A DNA stretch of 64,000 nucleotides from Solidesulfovibrio sp. (GTDB lineage: Bacteria > Desulfobacterota > Desulfovibrionia > Desulfovibrionales > Desulfovibrionaceae), in NCBI RefSeq assembly GCF_029978005.1, contig NZ_JARKOZ010000123.1, positions 3,210 through 67,209 of the forward strand, read 5' to 3'. Made by a program: the position numbers and the translations under genes. Shown here piece by piece: positions 50,404 to 59,310 of the stretch; within the stretch, counting starts at the first letter, position 1; each line of letters opens with the position of its first letter. The notes below the pieces were generated by a model. The model worked only from the letters and a program-made list of their open reading frames with translations. It had not been told where the DNA came from and did no database searches.

Positions 50404-50713
50404 GTTGCACCTGCTTTAGATGATTTTCTCTCACATGGTGTCGACCGGTCTGCCTTCCTTGTCCTGTTTTGCGGCGAACATCTTCTGCATTATATGTATT
50501 CAAGGGTAAATTTACCGGTCAAGGCGATTGCATTGCATTCTATGCATATCGAGTATGCCGAAGACGAATGCGGCGTCCGCAAGGCGCATGCCGCCGGTGT
50601 CGCTTGTCGGAATGAAAAAGCGGCCCGCCCCGACCTCGGGACGGGCCGCTCCCCGGCGGCCGCGCGGCGGCGGACGGCGAATCCGCGACGCGAGGCGGAT
50701 GCGCGAAGCCGGC

Positions 50714-52216
50714 TCAATACTTGTAGGTGAAGCCCAGGGCGACCTTCCAGGAACCGCCCATGTCGTCGACTTTGTGGACCAGGCGGCGTCCCCAGACGCT
50801 CTCCTGGAAATCGCCCTTGGCCCAGCCGGTCTCCATGCGGATCTTGAGATTCTCGTAGAGGGAGTATTCGCTGTCGAGGTTCACGGCGAACTCGTGCTCG
50901 TTGCTGGTCAGGTCTCGGCCCATGCTGAAATACGGGTTGCTGCCGGCGTAGAGGTCGCCGGCGCCCAGGTAGTAGTTGAGGAAGCGCACGGCCTTGGGCG
51001 AGTTGTTGCCGTGGATGTAGGCGAAGGTCAGGGTGTTGGAGAGTTTTTCGACCAAGGAGATGTTCTTGAGCGACGCGGCCAGGCCGTAGGTGCCGACCGG
51101 ATCCACGCCCATGTTGGAGTTTCTGCCCAGCGCCTGGCCGCCGTCAAACAGGAACGAGCCGCCGCCGGGTCCCCAGGCCGGGCGGGAGTGGGGCATGCGC
51201 TCGGAGCCGTTCATGGTGGAGGAGTCCTCGCCGGTTCCCCACCAGGCGAAGAGTTGCGGCGTGAGCAGGTCCCAGCCGGTGAATTCCGTGCCGAAGTCGA
51301 TGAACCAGCCGCCGCGCTTGCTTTTCTTGCGGTCGTCCGTCGCGCCGCCGCCGTACATCACATCGGCGTAGAAGCGTACCGGATCCAGGGCGTTGACCTC
51401 GAACGCGCCGCCGCCCCAGTAATAGAGGTTCTGCTGGTTCTTCCATTTGGTCGGCGTGACCAGGGTGCCGGCGGACAGCAGGTCTTCGGCCACGGCGGCC
51501 TGGAAGAAGGTGGAAGCGTAGGTGGTGTAGAAGGCGGTGCCCTTGCCGGCCACGCCCAGGATGGCCCAGGGGGTCACCTTGAAGCCCGGCGTGGTCACGG
51601 GCAGGGTCAGGAAGTACCAGTCCAGTTCGTCGTCGGACTGGCTGGTGGTGGTGTCGTAGGTGCGGTTGGTGTCGATCATGCGGGCGAAGCCGGCGTTGAG
51701 CGAGAGGAGGTCCGGGATCAGCGGCGCGCGCACGGTCAGGGCGGCGGCCGTGTCGTCGAAGAGCAGACTGCCGGAGAAGATGGGGCTCTGGGGAAAGCTC
51801 AGGTCCTGCAGGCCGGCCGTGACCTCGACGTCGCAGCCCGGCCATTTGAATTGCAGGAAGGCCTGGTAGACCAGGATGCCGTTGGCGTCGGGGTTGGCCG
51901 CGGTGTAGGTGCCGTTGCCCCAGGCGTTGTCGATCTTGATGCCCAGGCGAAACTTCACGGCCTCGTTGGCCACGAAGTCCGTGCGCACGCGCAGGCGCTG
52001 CCAGACCTCGAAGGTGTCCTCGGTCTTGGTGCCGGCCTTGGTCCAGGTCGGCGTGTTGGACGTCCAGGCGCCGTTGTTCCAGCCGGTGAAGTTGTGGCCG
52101 CTGAAGTAGACGCCGTAGACGCGCGCGTCGCCGACGAACTTCACTTCCGTGGCCGCCCGGGCCGGACCGGCCGCCAGGACTATGGCCAGCAAGACAAACA
52201 CTGCGGCAAATCGCAT
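50714..52216 (-). CDS. Outer-membrane homotrimeric porin (Desulfovibrio type)
   Basis: Signal peptide, ATEVKFVGDARV, QRLRVRTDFVANEAVKFRLG, C-terminal GFTYKY beta-signal. Confidence 0.85.
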   Translation of the reverse strand: MRFAAVFVLLAIVLAAGPARAATEVKFVGDARVYGVYFSGHNFTGWNNGAWTSNTPTWTKAGTKTEDTFEVWQRLRVRTDFVANEAVKFRLGIKIDNAWGNGTYTAANPDANGILVYQAFLQFKWPGCDVEVTAGLQDLSFPQSPIFSGSLLFDDTAAALTVRAPLIPDLLSLNAGFARMIDTNRTYDTTTSQSDDELDWYFLTLPVTTPGFKVTPWAILGVAGKGTAFYTTYASTFFQAAVAEDLLSAGTLVTPTKWKNQQNLYYWGGGAFEVNALDPVRFYADVMYGGGATDDRKKSKRGGWFIDFGTEFTGWDLLTPQLFAWWGTGEDSSTMNGSERMPHSRPAWGPGGGSFLFDGGQALGRNSNMGVDPVGTYGLAASLKNISLVEKLSNTLTFAYIHGNNSPKAVRFLNYYLGAGDLYAGSNPYFSMGRDLTSNEHEFAVNLDSEYSLYENLKIRMETGWAKGDFQESVWGRRLVHKVDDMGGSWKVALGFTYKY

Positions 52217-52931
52217 CGTTCCTCCCTTCGTTACAGGTTGCGCAACAGCCGATTGACGTTCCCTTTTCTCGCATCCCGTCGGGATGTTTCTTGATGCCCA
52301 TGGTAGAAAAGCGCCCGGGGCGAGATCGCAAGAGAACACCCCCGGACACGTGCAGCAATGAAGCGGCAGTCCGCCCCCCGTAGCGGAATCCCGGATCGAA
52401 TTTGCTTATAGGTCGTCAACAACAGAGAACTGTTTGAATTTATGCCCAGCCGACTGACGGGCTTCAAGAGCATTTTCTGCAACCTGACTATACCGAAAAA
52501 GCATCATTGCCCCTGTCGGCCGAGAGGAAAGGCGGCTGTTGTTTGAAAGGTCTTCCCTGGATGTCGATTACTGCGTCGCCGCCTCGGAAGAGGCCTTGAA
52601 CCGCTCTGGGGCGCGGGGCATCGGCAACTCGGATCTGGGAGCGGGCGGGGCAGCCGTTCCAGCCATTGGACCGGAGTCGGCATTTGCCTCTCCGCGGGAA
52701 CAACGATAGAAACAGGTCGCAAGGTTATCCGCCGGCCGGATGCGCGAATACCCCGAGGCCTGCCCCGGCCGGCCGGGCGTGTCCCTCCCGGGGCGGCGCA
52801 GGTCGCGCTTGCCGGGCCGGCGGAATCGGGTGCGGCGCGGCCGGCGCGACGATCGCCCCTCTCCGCTTTGTGGGTCGAGGACCGAAACGAGGCGCTTTAT
52901 CCGGTCGCAGTCACCCCCGACACCCGACGGC

Positions 52932-54917
52932 ATGCGCATGATGAGCATTCTCCGGCCGATGCCGGCCGTCCTCCTGGCGCTTGCGCTCCTTGCCCCTGTC
53001 CTGGGATGCGCCCGGTCCTCCGACGAGACGCCCGGAGCCAGGAGGGGCGTGCTCGACCTTTCGGGGTGGGCTCCGACCCGCGACGGCCCGGTCGCCCTGG
53101 CCGGAGAGTGGGAATTCTATTGGGACCGCCTGCTCGCGCCGGAGGATTTCACGGCCGGCCTCGCGCCGCCGTCCGGGTACATGCGCTTTCCCGGCTTCTG
53201 GAAGGGACAGGCGCTTGACGGCCAGCCTTTGCCCGGCGAGGGGCAGGCCACCTTCCGCCTGCGCCTCGCACCCGGCACGGACGCCGGTCCGCTGGCCGTG
53301 CGCATCGTCGGCGTTTCCGCCGCCTACCGCTTGTGGGCCAACGGGAAGCTCGTCGCCGCAAGCGGCGTGGTGGGGGAAAGCGCCGCCACGGAAACCCCGC
53401 ACCGCTCCCTGGTCCTGGCCCGGTTCGAAAGCGACGGCTCCCCGGTCGAACTGGTGCTCCAGGTGTCCAACCACTATTACGGCCGGGGAGGCATGCAAAA
53501 TCCCCTCAGGCTGGGCCTGCCGGAGCAACTCGAAAAGGAGCACATCCGCATCTGGGCCTTCGCCATGTTCTTCGTCGGCAGCCTGCTGGTGATGACCGTG
53601 TATCACTTCGCCCTGTATTTCCTGAGGAAGAAGGACGCCTCGCCTCTGTATTTCGGCTTCGGCTGCCTGGTGATCATCGGCGTGTACGTGACGCTGGACG
53701 CGTCCGACTGGCTGGTCGAACTCTTCTTGCCCCAGGCCGATCCCCTGGTCGTCGGCAAAATCGCCCTCATCTGCTTCGCCGTCCTGGCCTCGGTGCTGTA
53801 CCGCTTTTACCGATCGCTCTATCCGGATGAGTTCATTGTATTCATCCAGTATGTCTGCGACATCAGGAGCGTGGTGTTTGTTTGCATCATCCTGACGCAG
53901 CCGGGCATCGTCATCTACGGCGCGATGCGTTGGCTGGCGGTCGTCACCATTTTCCTCAACGCCTGCTTTCTGGTCATGCTCGTCCTGTGTCTGAAGCATG
54001 GCCGCGACGGCGCACGGATTCTTTTTCTCGGCTACATTCTCTTGTCCGTAACCTCGCTGAGCGACATCTATCGGAATCTCTTCACCTTCAACACGATGCA
54101 CCTCCTGCCCGTCGGCATGCTCGCCTTCGTGCTGTCCCAGGCCCTGGCCATGGCCCAGCGTTTTTCCACGGCCTTCAAGTCGGTGGAAAACCTGTCCCAG
54201 GCCCTGGAGGCCAACAACGCCGTCCTGCTGGCGGAAATGGACGAACGCACCCGGTTGGAGCGGGAGATCGTCAACGTCAGCGAGGAGGAGCGCCGCCGCC
54301 TGAGCCACGATCTGCACGACGGCCTGTGCCAGCAGCTTTCCGGCGCGAGGTTGCGCTGCTCGGCCCTGGAGCGCCGATCCATCGCGGAACCGGGCGTGGC
54401 CGAGGAAGTTTCGGATCTTTCCCTGCTGCTGGAGGACTCGGTCAGCCAGGCCTACGACCTCTCCCGCGGGCTTTGGCCGGTGGAGCACGCTCTGGGGGAC
54501 GTCGGCCCGTCCCTGGCCGAGCTGGCGCGGCGCGTCGGCCAATCGAGCGGCGTGGAGGTCGCGTATCGCGAGGATCTGGGCTGCGCGCCTTGCCGCAACG
54601 AGCACCTCGTCCAGTTCTACCGCATCGCCCAGGAGGCGGTGGCCAACGCCGTCAAGCATGCCAGGCCCACCCGGATCGACATAACCTTGGCTTGCGGGCC
54701 GGACCGGCGACTGACCCTGGCCGTTCGCGACGACGGCGTCGGCCGCCGGGCGGCGCGGCCGACAGGAGGCGGACTGGGCCTGCGGATCATGGCCTATCGG
54801 GCCAGGATGATCGGGGCGGAGCTTTCCATAGACGACGGCGCGGCCGGCGGGACCGTGGTGTCCTGTTTCCTGGCCTGCGCCGCCGACGGGACAAGACAGG
54901 AGGGTGCCGATGAATGA
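52932..54917 (+). CDS. 7TM-DISM sensor histidine kinase (HisKA_3)
   Basis: GVLDLSGW...LAGEWEFYW extracellular domain, 7 TM segments, ERRRLSHDLHDGL, QEAVANAVKH, DDGVG, GLGL. Confidence 0.88.
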   Translation: MRMMSILRPMPAVLLALALLAPVLGCARSSDETPGARRGVLDLSGWAPTRDGPVALAGEWEFYWDRLLAPEDFTAGLAPPSGYMRFPGFWKGQALDGQPLPGEGQATFRLRLAPGTDAGPLAVRIVGVSAAYRLWANGKLVAASGVVGESAATETPHRSLVLARFESDGSPVELVLQVSNHYYGRGGMQNPLRLGLPEQLEKEHIRIWAFAMFFVGSLLVMTVYHFALYFLRKKDASPLYFGFGCLVIIGVYVTLDASDWLVELFLPQADPLVVGKIALICFAVLASVLYRFYRSLYPDEFIVFIQYVCDIRSVVFVCIILTQPGIVIYGAMRWLAVVTIFLNACFLVMLVLCLKHGRDGARILFLGYILLSVTSLSDIYRNLFTFNTMHLLPVGMLAFVLSQALAMAQRFSTAFKSVENLSQALEANNAVLLAEMDERTRLEREIVNVSEEERRRLSHDLHDGLCQQLSGARLRCSALERRSIAEPGVAEEVSDLSLLLEDSVSQAYDLSRGLWPVEHALGDVGPSLAELARRVGQSSGVEVAYREDLGCAPCRNEHLVQFYRIAQEAVANAVKHARPTRIDITLACGPDRRLTLAVRDDGVGRRAARPTGGGLGLRIMAYRARMIGAELSIDDGAAGGTVVSCFLACAADGTRQEGADE

Positions 54918-55545
54918 CGCCGCTGCATCCGGAACGCGTATTTTCCTGATCGACGACCACCCGGCCATGCGAAACGGCCTGTCGCTGCTGCTGCGCCAGG
55001 TCGGGCACACGGTCTGCGGCGAGGCCGGCTGCCGGCAGGAGCTCCTGGACCGCCTCGACGGTTCCGGGGCCGCCGTGGCCCTGGTGGATCTCTCCCTGGC
55101 CGAGGAATCCGGGCTGGACCTGATCGACGACCTGGCGGCCCGGGGCATTCCGGCGCTCATCTATTCCATGCACGAGGACCGGGGGACCATCGAGCGGGCC
55201 TTCGCCCGGGGAGCCCGGGGATACGTCGCCAAGCGCGAGGTCGCGGACGTGCTGCTCACGGCCATCGAGGCGGTCGCCGCCGGGGAGCGCTACGCCAGCC
55301 CCGGGGCCCTGCGCAGCCTGGCCGGTCGGGTCCTTTCCCCGTACGATGGCGAGGAGGCCGCCTTGAGCCGGCGCGAGGAGCAGATCCTGGACGGGCTGGG
55401 GCGCGGCGAAACGAGCGCCGAGATGAGCAGGTCGCTCAACATCAGCGCCCATACCGTGGAAACGTACTACGGCCGGCTGATCCGCAAGCTCGGGCTCTCC
55501 AGCATGAAGGAACTGCGCAAGTTCGCCATCCGCCGGCACGGCTGA
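54910..55545 (+). CDS. NarL/LuxR-family response regulator
   Basis: LIDDHP, VDLSL, GYVAK, LSRREEQI...TVETY HTH. Confidence 0.92.
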   Translation: MNDAAASGTRIFLIDDHPAMRNGLSLLLRQVGHTVCGEAGCRQELLDRLDGSGAAVALVDLSLAEESGLDLIDDLAARGIPALIYSMHEDRGTIERAFARGARGYVAKREVADVLLTAIEAVAAGERYASPGALRSLAGRVLSPYDGEEAALSRREEQILDGLGRGETSAEMSRSLNISAHTVETYYGRLIRKLGLSSMKELRKFAIRRHG

Positions 55546-55729
55546 GCTTTCGGCGACTTCTCCGTCGCCGACAGGCGCATCGACCGCTTCCACGTCTGTG
55601 CCGTCCCGGGGAACCGGACGGCCATCACCGCGCCCGGCTCCGGCTCGGGTCGTCTTCCGGCCCGGCCGAGGCGACCGTCGCCGCCGCCGCCCCCCCGTCC
55701 CTGCCCCGACCGTGCCTGCCGGCCTCGCC

Positions 55730-57427
55730 TCACGCTCCGGGCCGGACCTGGGGGGGCTGGCTCGGCAGCACCAGGTGGAACTCGACCCCGGGCGTATGGC
55801 GGCAACTGGCCGGGCGCGACGGCGTGCGGCAGAAGATGAAGCCGTCGTGGGCCTCGGCCACGAGCTTGCTGAAGGCCAGCCCCAGGCCGATGCCCCGCCG
55901 GCCCAGGCCCTCCTCTGTCTTGACCGTGAAGAACTTCTCGAAAATCGTTTCCTGGTAGGCTTCGGGCACGCCGAAGCCGGTGTCCGCGATCACCGTCCAG
56001 ACGTAGCTTTGGCCGTCGGCCAGCCGGCCCTTGTACTGCCGGGGCAGGTAGGGGCTCGCGGCGATGCAGCCGGCCGCGAGGCTGGCGGTGCTCACCTGGA
56101 TGTTGCCGCCGACGACGTTGTAGTTGATGGCGTTGGACAGGATGTTGCTGATGGTCCTTTTGATGCGGAACAGGTCGCAATGCAGGGTCAGGCGCTGGCC
56201 GTGCTGGAGGAAGCGGACGTCGAGCCCCTTCTCCTCGGCGAGCAGCGAGTGCTCCTCGATGCACTGGCTGATGATCTTGTTGATGTCGTAGTGGCTTTTG
56301 TGCAGCTCGAACCGGCCGTTCTCGTCGCGGAAGATGTCGAGGAAGGCGTTGACCATGCTGCCGAGCTGGTCGTTGGTGTTGCGCGCCAGCTTGAGGATCT
56401 TCTCCTGGTTGTCGCTGATCGGGCCCAGGCGTCCGGCGGCCAGGAGCTCCAGGGCCCGGTCGATGGCCAGGATGGGGTTTCGCATGTCGTGGGTGAGCAT
56501 GCCGACCAGGTCTTCCTTCATCTTGGCGATGCGCTTTTCCTCGGTGATGTCGCGCAGGATGGCCACGTAGCGCACGGCCTTGCCGGATTCGTCGTTGACC
56601 CGGGAGATGGAGATCTGCACGGGAAAGGGCGTCCTTTTGGCGGTCAGGGCCGTGAGCTCGAAGCGGAAGTTGTCCTGGCCGCCGTGTTCCAGGCTCGTTT
56701 TGTAGGCGGCAAGGACGTGCTGGTCCTGGACGAACCGCATGAGGGACTGGCCGCAGAAGTCGTTGAGGGAACAGCCGAAGACCTCGGCGCAGCGGTCGTT
56801 GCTCGTGTCGATGATGCAGTCCGTGTCCACCGAGATGATGCAGTCCGAGACGCTGTTGATGAGCTTGTTCAGGTATTCCTTGGATTGCAGGGAAAGCATG
56901 ATCCTTTGCAGGGCCATGTCGCTTATGGTCTGCGTGATGACGGACATGAGGTTGACGATCTTGCGCAGCCGCGCCCGCTTGACCTGCGGAATCCGGCGCA
57001 GGGCCTGCAAATAGCCGTCGATGTCCGTGACGCCGATGCGCGTGGCCCGGGCCACGGCGTCCTGGGCGGGGATGGAGCCCTCCAGAACCTGGCCGCCGTT
57101 GAGGTTGGCGATGTGCTGCCCGGCCACGATGATGGGCGTGGCGCAGTCCACCAGACCGGCGTTGAGGCAGTCGTAGACGTAGGGCTCCTTGGAGTCCAGG
57201 GACATGCGGCCGCCGTAGGCGTCGCTGGCGTAGCACCGGGCGCGGCCCTCGGCGGTGGCCCGGCAATAGTCCTTGCAAAACGAGCAGAAGTTGGACTCGC
57301 TGGAGATGGGGCGGCCTTCGGTGTCGGCGATGACCGAACCGATGCCGCAGGCCTCGTTGACGGCCTGGAGGATCTCGTCGAGCTTCTCCTTGGGGATGAG
57401 GTCCAGGAGCTGGATGGATTCTTTCAT
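55730..57427 (-). CDS. PocR-domain + PAS histidine kinase
   Basis: N-terminal SNFCSFC..CRAT..GRARCYASD...YDCLNAGLVDCATPII...GGQV (PocR-type sensor); PAS; H-box LTHDMRNP, NILSNAINY, DTGFG, GIGLGL. Confidence 0.9.
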   Translation of the reverse strand: MKESIQLLDLIPKEKLDEILQAVNEACGIGSVIADTEGRPISSESNFCSFCKDYCRATAEGRARCYASDAYGGRMSLDSKEPYVYDCLNAGLVDCATPIIVAGQHIANLNGGQVLEGSIPAQDAVARATRIGVTDIDGYLQALRRIPQVKRARLRKIVNLMSVITQTISDMALQRIMLSLQSKEYLNKLINSVSDCIISVDTDCIIDTSNDRCAEVFGCSLNDFCGQSLMRFVQDQHVLAAYKTSLEHGGQDNFRFELTALTAKRTPFPVQISISRVNDESGKAVRYVAILRDITEEKRIAKMKEDLVGMLTHDMRNPILAIDRALELLAAGRLGPISDNQEKILKLARNTNDQLGSMVNAFLDIFRDENGRFELHKSHYDINKIISQCIEEHSLLAEEKGLDVRFLQHGQRLTLHCDLFRIKRTISNILSNAINYNVVGGNIQVSTASLAAGCIAASPYLPRQYKGRLADGQSYVWTVIADTGFGVPEAYQETIFEKFFTVKTEEGLGRRGIGLGLAFSKLVAEAHDGFIFCRTPSRPASCRHTPGVEFHLVLPSQPPQVRPGA

Positions 57428-57494
57428 GGCGTTGCCGGACGTCTTCGGGCGAGGACGGCGGGGGAGCGCGGCCCCCGGGGACGGCCGGGCGGAC

Positions 57495-58142
57495 CTACGC
57501 GAACAGGCCGCTTTCCCGGGCGAGGATGGCCGCCTCGAACCTGCTGCTGACGTTGAGCTTCTTGAAGATGTTTTTGACGTGGGTCTTGACGGTCTGCACG
57601 CTCAGGTACAGGGCGTCGGAGATTTCCTTGTTGTTCTTGCCCTCGGAAACGAGCTTGAGGATCTGCTTTTCCCGGTGGGTGAGGCTGTCGAGGTCCCGGC
57701 CGGGAGCAGGGGGCTCGGTCTCCACGTCGGCGGACAGGTTGACAAGGTAGGGCGAGACGATGGGCCGGCCGGCGTGGAAGGCGGCGATGAGCCCGGCCAG
57801 GCCGTCGATGTCGATGGTCTTGAGCACGTAGCCGTCGGCCCCGGCCTTCATGGCGTCCTTGATGTAATTGGTGTCGTTGTAGGTGGAAAGGGCCAGGAGC
57901 TTCATGGCCGGAAAGGCCTTGCGCAGGACGCGGATGGCCGGAATGCCCGACAGCCCCGGCATGTCGATGTCGATGAGCGCCACGTCGGGCACGGTCTTCT
58001 GGATTTTTTCGATGGTCTCGAAGCCGTTGTCCGACTCGCCGACGATGGCGATGGTCTCGATGCCTTCGAAGGCCAGGCGCAGGCCGATGCGCAGCAAGGG
58101 ATGGTCGTCCGCGATAAACACCCTGATCGGCTGGATCTCCAT
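57495..58142 (-). CDS. NarL/LuxR-family response regulator
   Basis: IADDHP, IDIDMPG, GYVLKT, LTHREKQIL..VSEGKNNKEIS..TVKTHV. Confidence 0.93.
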   Translation of the reverse strand: MEIQPIRVFIADDHPLLRIGLRLAFEGIETIAIVGESDNGFETIEKIQKTVPDVALIDIDMPGLSGIPAIRVLRKAFPAMKLLALSTYNDTNYIKDAMKAGADGYVLKTIDIDGLAGLIAAFHAGRPIVSPYLVNLSADVETEPPAPGRDLDSLTHREKQILKLVSEGKNNKEISDALYLSVQTVKTHVKNIFKKLNVSSRFEAAILARESGLFA

Positions 58143-58260
58143 GCGCCGCCGTCCCTTTTCCTGGAGGGTTCCCGGATCGCGCCGCTCGCGCTTCGCTTCT
58201 TTTCCCGACCCTATACGCGGCATCCCTTTCCGTGTCGACAACGGCCCCCGGGCCGCCCGC

Positions 58261-59229
58261 TCAGCCGCCGATGGTGACCCGCACCGGGGAGCCCTCCAGG
58301 AGCGCCGCCAGGGCGACGACCTCCTCCCGGGCGTGAGGGGAGACGCCGCGCAGCGGGTAGTCCTTTTCGAGTTGCCCCCATTTCGGCTCGCCCATGCGGT
58401 GGTAGGGCAAAAGGTCCAGGGCCGCGACATGGGAAAGTTCGGCCGCGAAGGCGGCCGTGCGGCGCAGGTTTTCCGGCCCGTCGTTGAGCCCCGGAACGAG
58501 GGGGACGCGCACGCGGATGGGCAGGCCCAGGGCGTCCACGCGCCGGAGGTTGTCCAGGATGCGGGCGTTGTCCACGCCGGTCAGGCGGCGGTGCGCCTGC
58601 GGGTCCATGTGCTTGACGTCGTAAAGCACCGTGTCCAGGTGGGCCATGACCGGGAGCATGACCTCCCAGTCGGCGTAGCCGCTGGTTTCCACGGCGGTGT
58701 CGAGCCCCCGTGCCTTGGCCGCCCGGGCCAGGGCGAGCAGGAACCGGGGCTGGGCGAAGGGCTCGCCCCCGGAAAAGGTCACCCCGCCGCCGGAGCGGTC
58801 GTAGAACTCCCGGTCGAGCTCCACCTCCTCCAGCACCTCGTCCACGGTCAGGTGGCGGCCGCAGATGGTGATGGCGTTGGCGTAGCACACGGCTTGGCAG
58901 GCGCCGCACTCGGGCAGGCGGCAGGCCGCCTTGTCGATGGCCACGCCGTGGGGCCCGTCGGCCGTGATGCACCGGGCCGGGCAGGTCTCCAGGCACTTGC
59001 CGCAGCCGATGCAGTTGTTGCGGATGTAGAGGAGCTCCGGGCGCGGGAGCATGTCCTCGGGATTCTGGCACCACTGGCAGCGCAGGGGGCAGCCCTTTAA
59101 AAAGACGATGGTGCGGATGCCCGGGCCGTCGTGGATGGAGAACCGCTGAAAGTCGCTGACGAGCCCGACGGGCTCCCCGGCCTGGGCGGCCTTGGGCGCG
59201 TACAGCTGGAACCGCTTGCGTAACGTCAT
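58261..59229 (-). CDS. Glycyl-radical enzyme activating enzyme (radical SAM, ferredoxin-like insert)
   Basis: HDGPGIRTIVFLKGCPLRCQWCQNPE (CX3CX2C); CIGCGKCLETCP and CGACQAVC; GVTFSGGEP. Confidence 0.95.
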   Translation of the reverse strand: MTLRKRFQLYAPKAAQAGEPVGLVSDFQRFSIHDGPGIRTIVFLKGCPLRCQWCQNPEDMLPRPELLYIRNNCIGCGKCLETCPARCITADGPHGVAIDKAACRLPECGACQAVCYANAITICGRHLTVDEVLEEVELDREFYDRSGGGVTFSGGEPFAQPRFLLALARAAKARGLDTAVETSGYADWEVMLPVMAHLDTVLYDVKHMDPQAHRRLTGVDNARILDNLRRVDALGLPIRVRVPLVPGLNDGPENLRRTAAFAAELSHVAALDLLPYHRMGEPKWGQLEKDYPLRGVSPHAREEVVALAALLEGSPVRVTIGG

Positions 59230-59310
59230 GCCTGTCCGTGTTTCCTTGGCTTGGTGGCCCGGGGGAGCCGCCCGCCCGGGGCGGGCGGCTCCGAACCGAA
59301 GCCGTCGGGC

